A stretch of DNA of 64,000 bases from an archaeon (GTDB lineage Archaea; SpSt-1190; DYHY01), in the NCBI GenBank assembly GCA_043803745.1, contig JAZDJS010000021.1, positions 1-64,000 on the forward strand, given 5' to 3'. Below the pieces are notes generated by a model. That model was given only the letters and a program-made list of their open reading frames with translations. It did not search any database and was not told where the DNA came from. How positions within the stretch are numbered: position 1 is the stretch's first letter; each line of letters starts with the position of its first letter. The position numbers and the translations under genes are program-made. This document shows, one piece after another, positions 37,418 to 47,109 of the stretch.

Positions 37418-37756
37418 TTATAAGCTTTTCGCCACTGCGAAATGGTATTCAAATCTTGAACTTGTCCTTGCCAAAATCCGTATTCTTCCGCCGGGGGAAA
37501 TCGCAATTCCGTCTTTCGAAAGGAGGGCTTGCTTGCGAAAAACACCGCCCGGGCCGGAATAGTTCCCGATTCTCCCGTCCGAGAGGACGACCTTGTAGCA
37601 GGGGATTTTGTCCGGGTTTGGATTCTTCCTCATCAGGGTCCCGACTGCCCGGGCTGCCCGGGGCGAGCCCGCCGCCCTTGCAAGGGCTGAATATGTTGTG
37701 ACCTTTCCCTTTGGGACTTTCTTGAGGAGGGAATAGACCTTTTCGGAGAAATTCAT
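37418..37756 (-). CDS. MGMT-family methylated-DNA--cysteine methyltransferase (single domain)
   Basis: VPKGKVTTY..LA...AARAVG..M..NP....PCYKVV.SDG.IG.Y. Confidence 0.9.
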   Translation of the reverse strand: MNFSEKVYSLLKKVPKGKVTTYSALARAAGSPRAARAVGTLMRKNPNPDKIPCYKVVLSDGRIGNYSGPGGVFRKQALLSKDGIAISPGGRIRILARTSSRFEYHFAVAKSL

Positions 37757-37822
37757 TTCTTTTCAAAAGTTTTTAAACTGCCTGGTAGAAATGCTTTTCC
37801 AACAGGCAAGGAACTGTCCCAA

Positions 37823-38845
37823 ATGAATCCAAAATCTAGCGACGCATTCATCGAGAAATCCCTCCCAAGGAAACAGACGAAAGAAGGCATTGAGACGCTC
37901 CTTGGCAAGCCGAAATTCGCATATGATGTTGAAGCGATAAATTCGGCGATAAATTCTCCCGCCTGGGACCTCCTTGACAGGGGCGGAAAGAGATGGAGAC
38001 CGCGGCTTTTCTCCCTCATTGCCGGGGCTTTCGGGAAGCGGGATCCCTGCGGGCTTGAGGCTCTTGTGGAAATAGTCCACAGCGGCACCCTGATTGTTGA
38101 CGATGTCGAGGATTCCTCGGAAAGCCGCAGGGGCAAACCAGCTCTTCACACAATCTACGGAACAGACGTTGCGATAAATCTCGGGAACACACTATATTAT
38201 CTCCCGCTGAAGCGGGTTCTTGCTGCTAGAATTCCGGGGAAAATGAAACTGGAAATCCTCGAGACATATTCGATTGAGATGATCAGAATCTCGCACGGCC
38301 AGGGGCTTGACATCTGGTGGCACAGGCACGGGAAAATCCCGACGGAGAAGCAGTATCTGCAGATGTGCGCATACAAGACCGGCACGCTCGCGCGGATGGC
38401 TGCGGAATTCGCGGGGATTGTCGCGGGGCTTGACAGGAGGAAACGGAAGGTCCTCGGGGAATTTACCGAATCCCTTGGGGTCGCCTTCCAGATACAGGAT
38501 GATTTGCTTAACCTTGTCGGGGATTTCGGAAAATACGGAAAGGAAATCGGCGGCGACATCACTGAAGGGAAGAAGACGCTTGCAGTCATTTTCGCTGTCG
38601 GAAAGCTCGGGAAGGAAGAGGCAAGCGAGCTGGAAAAGATAATCGCGGAACACACCAAGGAACCCGGGAAAATTGAGCGGGCAGTCAGGCTGATCAGGAA
38701 ATCAAAGGCAATCGAATATTGCAGGGAGAAGGCAAGAGAGCTTGTAAAGGTATCTTGGGCGAAGGCTGAGAATGTCCTGCCCCCTTCCGAAGAGCGGGAA
38801 GAGCTTGGGCGGCTTGCAAGGTTCCTTATTGAAAGGGATTTTTGA
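37823..38845 (+). CDS. polyprenyl (geranylgeranyl) diphosphate synthase
   Basis: GGKR.RP, DDVED....RRG, GQGLD, KTG, FQIQDD, DITEGK. Confidence 0.95.
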   Translation: MNPKSSDAFIEKSLPRKQTKEGIETLLGKPKFAYDVEAINSAINSPAWDLLDRGGKRWRPRLFSLIAGAFGKRDPCGLEALVEIVHSGTLIVDDVEDSSESRRGKPALHTIYGTDVAINLGNTLYYLPLKRVLAARIPGKMKLEILETYSIEMIRISHGQGLDIWWHRHGKIPTEKQYLQMCAYKTGTLARMAAEFAGIVAGLDRRKRKVLGEFTESLGVAFQIQDDLLNLVGDFGKYGKEIGGDITEGKKTLAVIFAVGKLGKEEASELEKIIAEHTKEPGKIERAVRLIRKSKAIEYCREKARELVKVSWAKAENVLPPSEEREELGRLARFLIERDF

Positions 38846-38912
38846 ATTACCATACCCGGAACCGGCAAGTCGAACCGACAAGTATTTTAGCCCCGTTTGC
38901 CGCTGCAAGCGG

Positions 38913-39431
38913 ATGGCAAAGATTGCGCCGGCAAGCTTCTTCAAGGCGGGGGATTTCTCGGAAGGGGTCCTGGCGGAAATGAAGGAAACCGCAAGATTCA
39001 TCTTCGAAATGGAGGGTTTCCAGGAGGCTTTCGCAACGAGGAAGGGATTCACCAAAATGGATCTCAAGGGGATTGGGAAAATCCTCAAGCCGGAGGAAAT
39101 CCTCCTTGGCGCGCCCTATATCGAAAACTTCTCCTTCGTCAAGAAGGAGGGAGAATATCCTGGAACCCTGATAATCCTCCGGGACAGGCTGATTTTCCAC
39201 ACAACCTGCGCATACCGGCTTTCCGGGGCAACGGGGAATGGGAAGGAAGGGGAGCTTGCGAGGATGAAGGGCGAGGTCGTCGCAAAGGCGAATTCCAAGA
39301 ACCTCTATTTCGAGGGTTCGCTGGAAAAATTCTCATTCACCCGGCTTGCGGATTTCTCAAAGCTGAACACAATCGGGTTCATGCAGGATGTGAAGAGCGC
39401 GCTTTACGGGCTTGAACTGAAAGCTTTTTAA
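38913..39431 (+). CDS. hypothetical protein
   Basis: 172 aa from ATG 38913; codon style like the core genes. Confidence 0.7.
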   Translation: MAKIAPASFFKAGDFSEGVLAEMKETARFIFEMEGFQEAFATRKGFTKMDLKGIGKILKPEEILLGAPYIENFSFVKKEGEYPGTLIILRDRLIFHTTCAYRLSGATGNGKEGELARMKGEVVAKANSKNLYFEGSLEKFSFTRLADFSKLNTIGFMQDVKSALYGLELKAF

Positions 39432-39453
39432 TTCCCCGGAGAGGTTTACTAAG

Positions 39454-39642
39454 ATGGCTGGCAAGGAAGAACTCAACGTCTGCTGCCGAAGGAGACCATC
39501 CGGACTGGGGATTTTCCTGATGCTTCTGGGCGCGTTCTTCCTGCTCCAGGAGTACGGCTTTCTTCCGAAGAACCTTCCGGTTTTCCCGCTTGTCCTGATT
39601 ATCGGCGGACTTTTCCTAGTTATAACGAGCGTTCTTGGATGA
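39454..39642 (+). CDS. small LiaI/LiaF-like two-TM protein
   Basis: GIFL.LLG.FFLL...G......FP..LII.G. Confidence 0.65.
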   Translation: MAGKEELNVCCRRRPSGLGIFLMLLGAFFLLQEYGFLPKNLPVFPLVLIIGGLFLVITSVLG

Positions 39643-39675
39643 CCCGCAGCGCAGGAGAGTTCCCGGACCGCGCGC

Positions 39676-39867
39676 CTATTTCTTCTCAGGCATCACGATC
39701 CACGCGATTATGTATGCCAAGAGTCCGGCTCCGCCGGCAAGGCAGAAGAATATCCAAAGGAGCCTTATGAGCGTTGGGTCAACTCCGAAATACTCGGCAA
39801 GCCCGCCGCAGACTCCGGCGAGTTTCCGGTTCCTCTTCGACCTATAGAGATTTTTAACGCGCGCCAT
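39676..39867 (-). CDS. pspC: PspC domain protein
   Basis: LYRS..NRKLAGVCGGLAEYFGVDPTLIR...YIIAWIVMP. Confidence 0.93.
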   Translation of the reverse strand: MARVKNLYRSKRNRKLAGVCGGLAEYFGVDPTLIRLLWIFFCLAGGAGLLAYIIAWIVMPEKK

Positions 39868-39902
39868 CCGAGCAAAGGGCAACCCTTGCTTAAAAATAGA
39901 TT

Positions 39903-39925
39903 GGCCGCCGGTCTCCCCGGCGGCC
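39903..39925. terminator. GC-rich 9-bp hairpin downstream of the DUF4870 gene
   Basis: GGCCGCCGG-TCTCC-CCGGCGGCC. Confidence 0.5.
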
Positions 39926-39936
39926 GCTCAATTTTC

Positions 39937-40266
39937 TCAGAATTTCTGTTTCTTGACGAAGGGACCCACGATCGGGAGCTCGAACGTTTTTCCCTGGTAT
40001 GCCTTGAACATGCAGTAAATCCACAAAATCAAACAACCCAGCCCCCATATTGAGGTGAGAATTCCCCCGATTAGCGGGAATATCCCAAGAACCCAGAAAA
40101 TCGCATACGCAGCAACTGAAACAACTATCGACTGCAGCGCGTGGAAACGCACCGACTTGCTCTTCTTTTCAGCCAAAAGGAACGCCAGTCCCGTAATGAA
40201 ACCAAGCAGGTATGCCAGTGCACCTTCCAACTTTTCATCTAATCCTAGAGATGTATTCTTTGCCAT
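39937..40266 (-). CDS. DUF4870 (Tic20-like) membrane protein
   Basis: TSLGLDE...GALAY.LG...EK....VRFHALQS...KAYQG..F.LP..G. Confidence 0.88.
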   Translation of the reverse strand: MAKNTSLGLDEKLEGALAYLLGFITGLAFLLAEKKSKSVRFHALQSIVVSVAAYAIFWVLGIFPLIGGILTSIWGLGCLILWIYCMFKAYQGKTFELPIVGPFVKKQKF

Positions 40267-40440
40267 AGTTGCCACCGCAGACGGTGCTGATTTATGTAGT
40301 TTTGGGTTTTGGCATTCGAATCCATCTATTTTGGGCAGTTGGGGGATTTCCTCGAGAAGCGGATCGGGAGCTCTTTGCTCGGGCGGGACCGCTTGAAAAT
40401 AAAAAATTGGGGGATTTCTCCCCCGTTGCATAGAAAAGCC

Positions 40441-40920
40441 TTACAGACTCTGCCGCATTCCGCGGGTTCCAGGGCTCTGGAACCTTCTTCCGCCGAATCG
40501 GCTCCGTCCGCCACTTCCGCCACCGAATGGGCGGGGCGGGCGTTCGACCTGGCGGTCGGAAAGGTTGTTGTCCATCTTCACGTCTGCGATTTCCTCTGTC
40601 GCGGGCGTGATTTTTCCGTACTTGCCCGGGTTGAGCCGCATCGACGTTTCGAAAACGGTTATCCTTGCGTTCGTAATGTCATAGGTCTTTCCGGCCTCAA
40701 TCTGGTTGATTGAGTCGTCCCACAGGCTCATTACAATGCATCCTGTTTCGTCGCCAACTAGGAACTCGGCAACCTTGTGGCTGCTTCCGTCCATCTTGGA
40801 AACTACGTCCTTTTCGTTCTTCTTCTCTACAACCTTCACCCTTGCGTTAATTTCCTTTGAGTTTACCCCAAGGGTTTCCAGTTTTACTGCTGCCTGTTGT
40901 GTTTGTCCTTGTTCTTCCAT
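40441..40920 (-). CDS. single-OB-fold single-stranded DNA-binding protein (SSB/RPA)
   Basis: VAE.LVGDETG.I..SLWD...I.NA...LN.GKYG; G/R-rich tail. Confidence 0.9.
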   Translation of the reverse strand: MEEQGQTQQAAVKLETLGVNSKEINARVKVVEKKNEKDVVSKMDGSSHKVAEFLVGDETGCIVMSLWDDSINQIEAGKTYDITNARITVFETSMRLNPGKYGKITPATEEIADVKMDNNLSDRQVERPPRPFGGGSGGRSRFGGRRFQSPGTRGMRQSL

Positions 40921-41073
40921 TTTGTTACTTGTTCACTTCTCTTTTTTTGTTTTTTAAAACAGCTGCTCGTCGCTTCTTTTTTTTTCTTCAAAAAATTTCC
41001 GCTTCTTCGCTTCGCTGCTTGGGAACGGTTCGCAAACACGCTTTATTAAGCTATTTGATGGGCGGATTTTGGG

Positions 41074-41718
41074 CTATACGATTGCTCGGTATGCTTCCGA
41101 AACTCTTGAAACCTCGGCTGAAAAACTTTCCTCAAGGAATTGGGTTATTCCCGGAATGTGGGAAAGGCTACTTGGGAGAAGGCGCCTTGCTTCCTCGGCA
41201 GCTGAGAGAATCCTCCTGTTGAACTCAATTTCGTGGAAGGTCAAATATGCGCTTGCAAGCTCGTAGACTGAAGAGACCTCCGGGCGAATTTCCTTGGCTT
41301 GCACCTCTTCCGGCTTGATTTTTGGCCTGCCGTTATGGAGATAGCTCAGGAATTCATCGGCTGCGGAAATTCTTCCCTCGAAATTCCCATCAAGCCCGTC
41401 AATTAGAAGCCGGTCCTGAATATTAGCCAGGAGGGAACTTAACTTTGAGTATTCTGATTCCCTCAAGCCATATGTCCTTTTCGCAACTTCCTTGAGGACC
41501 CAGTTTAAGCAGGCAAGTGCGTGTTCCCCTGCCCTGTTTGATTCAGCTGATTTGACTAGCGAAAGAAATCCCCGGGCCTCCCTGAAATTGTAATCTTCTG
41601 CATTTTCAAAAGCATATTCCGAAAAGAGGCGCGCCCGGGCAAGGTCGCCCTCCTCAAAGGACTTCCTCGCAATTCCCAAAAGCGTCTGGTAATCCATCTG
41701 TGGCGCCATTTTTTTCAC
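41074..41718 (-). CDS. helical orphan protein
   Basis: 214 aa; overlaps the upstream ORF by 4 nt. Confidence 0.6.
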   Translation of the reverse strand: MKKMAPQMDYQTLLGIARKSFEEGDLARARLFSEYAFENAEDYNFREARGFLSLVKSAESNRAGEHALACLNWVLKEVAKRTYGLRESEYSKLSSLLANIQDRLLIDGLDGNFEGRISAADEFLSYLHNGRPKIKPEEVQAKEIRPEVSSVYELASAYLTFHEIEFNRRILSAAEEARRLLPSSLSHIPGITQFLEESFSAEVSRVSEAYRAIV

Positions 41719-42359
41719 TCGGTAATTCCAAGCATTGTCGGGTATCTCGAAACCTCTTCCATCCCTACGCTCTTCATCATTTCCCAGGAACGCGCATAGA
41801 CGTTGTTAGGAGGAATCCCAAGTTCAGCTCCCAGGGAAATCCGCCGCTCGCAGTCGGCAAGATAGTCCTTCTCAATTTCATATTTGGCTGAAAGGAAGAT
41901 TCTCTCAATCCGCCGATGAGCGGCCTTCCCCGAAATTCCGGGGGTTGCAGCAGCCCATCTTTCAGTTAGTTCGGCAAGCAACTCGGAAAACGCGAGGGCA
42001 ATCGAGTCGGTTGCAACAAGGTCTGCTTTCGAATTCGCTATTGTGGTCAGCCCAAAGTTTCCGGCAAGCCGCGCCTCTTCCTGAACCAATTCGGAAACGT
42101 GTGTCCAGTCCGCGGAGCGCATCCCAAGGTCGGCATATTTTCCTTCGCTTGTGCACTCGGCTGCAAGGGCAAGAAGGCGTCCCATCTGATACGCTGCTTT
42201 CCTTGCCAAAACTGCTTCGTGAACTTTCTCCGCGTCAGCAGACCCTTCCCTGAAAAGGGCGGCCCTTACGGCATATGTTTCGGCAGCTGGAAAATCATTT
42301 TCCTTGAGAGCCGCCTCGGCCTTTTCGATGCAGGATTCACAAGTCATAGGTTCAGGCAT
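41715..42359 (-). CDS. helical orphan protein
   Basis: 214 aa ATG ORF; TTTAAA upstream. Confidence 0.6.
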   Translation of the reverse strand: MPEPMTCESCIEKAEAALKENDFPAAETYAVRAALFREGSADAEKVHEAVLARKAAYQMGRLLALAAECTSEGKYADLGMRSADWTHVSELVQEEARLAGNFGLTTIANSKADLVATDSIALAFSELLAELTERWAAATPGISGKAAHRRIERIFLSAKYEIEKDYLADCERRISLGAELGIPPNNVYARSWEMMKSVGMEEVSRYPTMLGITE

Positions 42360-42384
42360 TTGACCACTTCAAAGTCGCTTATTT

Positions 42385-43242
42385 TTAAACTTTCCCGTCC
42401 TTTCCGGAACTGAAACCCTCTATTTCCTTCAGGACTGCTGCGGCAAGGGGGCGCTCGAAACCGAAGAAGCCGTGCTCGCCCTCGACGAAGAGTATCCTTG
42501 CGCCGGGAAGCCTTACGGAAAGCTCTGCTGTTCGCGCGCGGGTGTTGAAAATCTCTATCAGGAAATCCCCCTTCCCGATAAGGAAGGTTGTCGGGCATGA
42601 GATCTTCTCTGAGAAATCCATTATCGGGGGGGTTGAAATGAATTTCCTCTCGGCTGAAACGAGGTCCCTTGCCCTGAGCTTGTAGAGGGAAATCGGGTCT
42701 TTTGACCTTGACCTGTCGTGGATTTCCTGGGGAAGCTCGACAAGGAACTTTTCAAGGAACTTGCTGATTGTCGCGTGCTTCTCGAACCTGAAAACCACGG
42801 GGGAGGATATTGCAACAACCCCTGAAATCCGCTTGTCCTCGGCAGCGGTCCTCAGGCAGACATATCCCCCGAGGGAATGGCCGACGAGGAAGATTTTCAA
42901 TCCCGCTTCATCCACCAGGCCAAGCTTCGAAACAAGGAAATTGAGCGCAATTGAGACGTCCGGAACCATCTGCTCAGGGTCGAAATAGTCCCCGAACTCC
43001 CCCGTTGCGGAATCGGTGCAGGAACGCCCGTGCCCGCGGGCGTCGTAGGAGGCAACCGCGGTGTCCGGCAGTCCGAGCAGGGCGCGGATTATCTCCTGCT
43101 GGAACGGGGGGAAGAAGGCGTCGACCCAAAGCCCGTGGTGGAAAAGCACAAGTGTCCCGACCCGCTTTTCCTTCGGATAAGTCAGGTTGCCAACTATTTT
43201 CACTCCGCCGGTCCCCTGGAATGAAAATTCCTCTGAAATCAT
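42385..43242 (-). CDS. alpha/beta hydrolase
   Basis: HG oxyanion, YDARGHG.S, GHSLGG nucleophile, G..D, EH. Confidence 0.9.
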   Translation of the reverse strand: MISEEFSFQGTGGVKIVGNLTYPKEKRVGTLVLFHHGLWVDAFFPPFQQEIIRALLGLPDTAVASYDARGHGRSCTDSATGEFGDYFDPEQMVPDVSIALNFLVSKLGLVDEAGLKIFLVGHSLGGYVCLRTAAEDKRISGVVAISSPVVFRFEKHATISKFLEKFLVELPQEIHDRSRSKDPISLYKLRARDLVSAERKFISTPPIMDFSEKISCPTTFLIGKGDFLIEIFNTRARTAELSVRLPGARILFVEGEHGFFGFERPLAAAVLKEIEGFSSGKDGKV

Positions 43243-43251
43243 CCCCCAACT

Positions 43252-44538
43252 TCAGCCTCCGATGAAAATCAGTCCGATGATGAACCCGGCAAAGAGCAGG
43301 GCGCCCGCCCCGAATACCCTGAACACCTTTGAGCCGAGTTGCGCGCCCCCGATACGGTATGCAAGCGCAAGGTTGACTACTGCCGAACTCAGGCAGCCGA
43401 TCAGGATTGCGACCGCCGCCTCGAGCGGGGAAATGCTTCCCACCGCGGAAAGGGATGTTATCGAAACGACAAGCGCGTTGAGGCTGCCGAATCCGGCGAA
43501 GGCTGCTGCAGCATAAAGACCGTACTTTCCAAAGAAGGTCATCAGGAGCTTGAAAAGGATCACGAGCCCTGTGAAAAGGACCGTGAACCTGATTGCCGTT
43601 GAGAATGAGAAGGGCGATGTCTTTTTCATCCCGAGGGAAATGCGTTTCCTGCTTCCCGAAAAATTGCCGCTCCGCATTGAAAGCGCAAGGGAGACCGCTG
43701 AAACGAAGATAAGCGGGAAGATCAGATATGCGAAAACCTCCCTGCTGCCGACAAGCGAAAGCAGGAGAACCCGGACTGTTGTCACTGAAAAGGCGACCGA
43801 GAGAACGAGGGCAATCCCGTCGGAAAGGCTGCGATCCTTCCGCGCATTTTCGGAAACCGCAAAAGTGGTTGCAATGAGCGAGGCAAGCCCCCCGGCAGCC
43901 CCGATTATTCCGGCTGAAACGCGGGTTTCCTTGAAAATCCGGGCTACGAGGTGCCCTGCAAAACCGAGAGCGAGCACAAGAAGGGTCATTGACCAGACGA
44001 CGAAGGGATTGAAAATCCCCCAGGGGTCGATTGAGCGGTTCGGGAGAACCGGGAGCATTATGAAGGAGAAGAAACCGAGCGCAAGCGTTTCGATGAGCTC
44101 TTTTTCCGAAAGGTGCTTCACGAAGAACTTGGCGAACGGCTTTATCGCAAGGAGGAGGGTCAGTATTATCGAAGCCGCTATCGCCTCAAGGAAAAGCCCC
44201 AGTTCGACGAGAAGCCCCAGGCAGAAAAGAAGGACGAACGCGGTGCTTGTGGTGAGTCCGGGGTGCCGCTCGCGCTTCGAGCGGGCGTAGTAGATCAGGA
44301 GGGCGACGGATATTGAGAAAAGGAGCCCGAGGACAACGATTGAAGGGGCTGAGAACGCCCGCGCAAGGAAGGAGGAGAAAAAGCCGAGGGAAGCAACGAG
44401 GAGGGAGGTCCGAAGGCCGGCGAACTTCTTCGCCTTTTCCCGCTCAAGCCCGATCGGAAGCGCGACTATTATCGTCAGGAAAAACCTCCATAGGAAGGAG
44501 GAAAAGTTCCCGCCGCTGCTTGAAAAGAACTCGAACAT
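43252..44538 (-). CDS. MgtC/SapB family protein with DUF4010
   Basis: IGLERE....AGLRT, GLTT, PVLPN..IDPW..FNP. Confidence 0.88.
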   Translation of the reverse strand: MFEFFSSSGGNFSSFLWRFFLTIIVALPIGLEREKAKKFAGLRTSLLVASLGFFSSFLARAFSAPSIVVLGLLFSISVALLIYYARSKRERHPGLTTSTAFVLLFCLGLLVELGLFLEAIAASIILTLLLAIKPFAKFFVKHLSEKELIETLALGFFSFIMLPVLPNRSIDPWGIFNPFVVWSMTLLVLALGFAGHLVARIFKETRVSAGIIGAAGGLASLIATTFAVSENARKDRSLSDGIALVLSVAFSVTTVRVLLLSLVGSREVFAYLIFPLIFVSAVSLALSMRSGNFSGSRKRISLGMKKTSPFSFSTAIRFTVLFTGLVILFKLLMTFFGKYGLYAAAAFAGFGSLNALVVSITSLSAVGSISPLEAAVAILIGCLSSAVVNLALAYRIGGAQLGSKVFRVFGAGALLFAGFIIGLIFIGG

Positions 44539-44628
44539 CCGCAGGAAGAGGAGGCCGCGATTTATAAAAACTGTTTTCACCGCCTCCCGCGGCAAAAGTA
44601 TTAAGTGCCGGACAGGCAAAACCCACGA

Positions 44629-45408
44629 ATGGACGGGAAAACCGCCGAAAAGGCAATTGAAAAATCCGGGCAGAACCTCCTGATCTTCCTGATAATCCTG
44701 ACCTTCCTATACGTGATACTCCAAAACTTCTCGCCCTTTTTCAGGATTGCCGTCCCCCTTGCAACGGCAATCGCGGTCTACCGCACAATGAAGGCGTCGG
44801 AGAGAAAATCTCCTGAGACGATAGAAACGAAGACCTGGAAGCTTGTCGCAGTCTGCCTCGGAATATGGCTCGCAGGGGAGCTTTCGGTGGTTGCTTTTTT
44901 CGCCAGGGAGGGCTTCGTTCCCTATCCATCCCTTGCCGAAATTTCCTATCTCATCGGGTATGTGCTCATGGGCGCGGGGGCTTTCAGCATAATAAGGAAG
45001 GTCGATGTCAAGCTTCCGATAACGCACATCCTGACGTTCACCCTAGTGGTCCTGCTTTTTTCCGGAGCGGTGACAAACTTCGTTATAGCGCGCGCCCTTA
45101 TGAGCGAAGCCCCTTTTCTCGAAAAGGCGTTCAACATCGGCCTCCCGATTGCCGACATGATGCTGATAATAGTCGTTTTCGCAATCTACTTCGTCTACTT
45201 CGGTTCCGGAAGGAAGGAACGCCTCCTTGAAGAAAGCTGGGCCGTTGTAATACTCGGAATGACCTTTTCGGCTTTCGCGGACATAATAATGACGTACAGC
45301 AAGATAAGGCTAATCGATTCGATTTACCTTGCGCTCCTCCCCGGAATCCTCTACATCTGGTCGCGGGGGGTTGTCGGGCTTGGAGCGAAGGCGCGGTCTT
45401 CCAACTGA
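44629..45408 (+). CDS. multi-pass membrane protein (sensor-type TM domain without output domain)
   Basis: W.L...G...W..GE, PYPSLAE..YL.GY, P.AD motifs. Confidence 0.7.
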   Translation: MDGKTAEKAIEKSGQNLLIFLIILTFLYVILQNFSPFFRIAVPLATAIAVYRTMKASERKSPETIETKTWKLVAVCLGIWLAGELSVVAFFAREGFVPYPSLAEISYLIGYVLMGAGAFSIIRKVDVKLPITHILTFTLVVLLFSGAVTNFVIARALMSEAPFLEKAFNIGLPIADMMLIIVVFAIYFVYFGSGRKERLLEESWAVVILGMTFSAFADIIMTYSKIRLIDSIYLALLPGILYIWSRGVVGLGAKARSSN

Positions 45409-45573
45409 ACTACCTGCCCGTCAAAGATCCCCCCTAACGGGGGGCTTTCTGTGTTTGCGAACACGGATCGCGCTGGAGCAGGAGACATGAATCGCGGGAT
45501 ATCTTACCACGGCCCAAAAGCCGAGGCTTTCGCGATTCAGTAAACGAGCGGGGGTCAATATAGGCAGTAGTTC
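45406..45573. mobile_element. 168-bp MITE-like element with terminal inverted repeats and IS200/IS605-end-like hairpins
   Basis: TGAACTACCTGCC ... GGCAGTAGTTCA; internal CCCCC-TAAC-GGGGG and CCACGGC-CCAAAA-GCCGAGG hairpins. Confidence 0.55.
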
Positions 45574-45616
45574 ATGTCACGCCGCCTTTCCGGTGCGGGG
45601 GTTCGATGCGGCGGGA

Positions 45617-46354
45617 CTAACGATTGAGGCTGCCGGTCGGCTCCCTGAAAAAGGCGATTCTTGCGGATGCTTCTGAATAGACCTTCCTGGAAATCAAGGA
45701 GGCTGAAACGCATTCCCCGGCCTCCAGAAGGGTTTCAGCAGTCCGAAGGGTTTCGTTCGCTGAGGAGGCCTCCCTCTCCGAGAAAAACCCGAGCTCCTCG
45801 ACAGCCTTCTCGGCAACCCTCAGGTCGCGTTCGGCATCAAGCCGTGCCGAGGAAAAAAGGGAATCGCGGGGGGAAATCGTCCCCACTTTCGAAGCAGCCC
45901 GCCTGATTGAAGCGACTATTATCGAAAAGGTCAGGCGGTTTGCCTCGGAAATCACGGACTTGTCAACGTAATCCTCAAGAATCTGGATGTTCCGGGCGTG
46001 GCGGGAAAAGTCGGTTTCCGTGACGGGAAGCTGGTAGTAGGAATCGAGGAGAAAAGTGTATTCGGCAAGTATTTTCTGGAGGCCTTCCGTCCGGTTGAGC
46101 GCAAGGAGCGCGTTTATTTCAGAAAGGCGGCCGTCCGCAAGGAAGAGGATTCTTGATGCCCTTGCCTCGCCGGAAAAAGAGAACGCAACCGAAAAATGCT
46201 CAAGGGAAAGCTTGGCTGGATAGAGGATGCTGCCCGGGAGGATTGAAGGAGTCCGAATGAAGACACTTCCCGGAGAGTCCGAGGCATGACCGGGGGCAAG
46301 TAGTAGGAGTAGAGTCATGAGGAAGACGACGAGAATAGTTTTTCCGGCGAACAT
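45617..46354 (-). CDS. exported DUF5667-like helical protein
   Basis: Signal peptide; LPGS.LYP.K...E...A..RL.E. Confidence 0.75.
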   Translation of the reverse strand: MFAGKTILVVFLMTLLLLLAPGHASDSPGSVFIRTPSILPGSILYPAKLSLEHFSVAFSFSGEARASRILFLADGRLSEINALLALNRTEGLQKILAEYTFLLDSYYQLPVTETDFSRHARNIQILEDYVDKSVISEANRLTFSIIVASIRRAASKVGTISPRDSLFSSARLDAERDLRVAEKAVEELGFFSEREASSANETLRTAETLLEAGECVSASLISRKVYSEASARIAFFREPTGSLNR

Positions 46355-46410
46355 CTTTCCGGGTAGGAATGCGGCTCTTTTTTATAATACCGGCGCACAA
46401 GGGGATTTTG

Positions 46411-47109
46411 ATGGAGCCGGCTTTCACAAAATTCAGGATTTCGAAGATAACCGAGGCGCTCCCGGGGAAGGTCAGGATTTTCCGGCTTGAGCCTGTTGAA
46501 GGGACGGTTCCTGGAAGAAAGCCGGGCCAGTATGTTGCGCTGAAGCTTGGCGAGGTCGAGCGGTCCTATTCGCTTTCAGGACCCGTCGAGGCGGACTATC
46601 TTGAGGTGACTGTCAAGCTTGCCGGGTCGTTCACTGGAAAGCTTTTCGGGCTTGGCGAGGGGGCGGAGATTCTCGCTTCCCCGCCCCAAGGCAGGTTTGT
46701 TCTTGAAGTGGAAAAGGTCGGGGCGGCGGAAATCGTTTTCCTTGCCGGGGGGGTAGGAATAACCCCCTTCTCCTGCTTTGCAGATTACATTTCCCGGAGA
46801 AGAATGGAGAACAAGGTGACCCTGATTTACGGGAGCCGGGTTCCCTCGGAAATAATATTGCGGGAGAGAATTGAGCTGCTTTTCTCGGAAATTCCTAACG
46901 GGAAGATTGTCTACACCGTCGACTCTGCCGAGCCCGGCTGGACTGGGAACGTCGGCTTCATCGGGAAGGACCTGCTTGAGAAAAGCGTTGCGGCTCCGAA
47001 GGAAGCGAAATATTTCATCTGCGGCCCGCCTCCGATGGTGAAGGCAATTGTCGAGGTCCTGAAGGAAATGCAAGTTCCCCTGCAGAACATCGCTTTGGAA
47101 GGCTGGTAA
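46411..47109 (+). CDS. FAD/NAD(P)-binding oxidoreductase (FNR / cytochrome b5 reductase-like)
   Basis: PGQY, RSYS, G.FT, AGGVGITP, ICGPP.M, terminal EGW. Confidence 0.92.
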   Translation: MEPAFTKFRISKITEALPGKVRIFRLEPVEGTVPGRKPGQYVALKLGEVERSYSLSGPVEADYLEVTVKLAGSFTGKLFGLGEGAEILASPPQGRFVLEVEKVGAAEIVFLAGGVGITPFSCFADYISRRRMENKVTLIYGSRVPSEIILRERIELLFSEIPNGKIVYTVDSAEPGWTGNVGFIGKDLLEKSVAAPKEAKYFICGPPPMVKAIVEVLKEMQVPLQNIALEGW

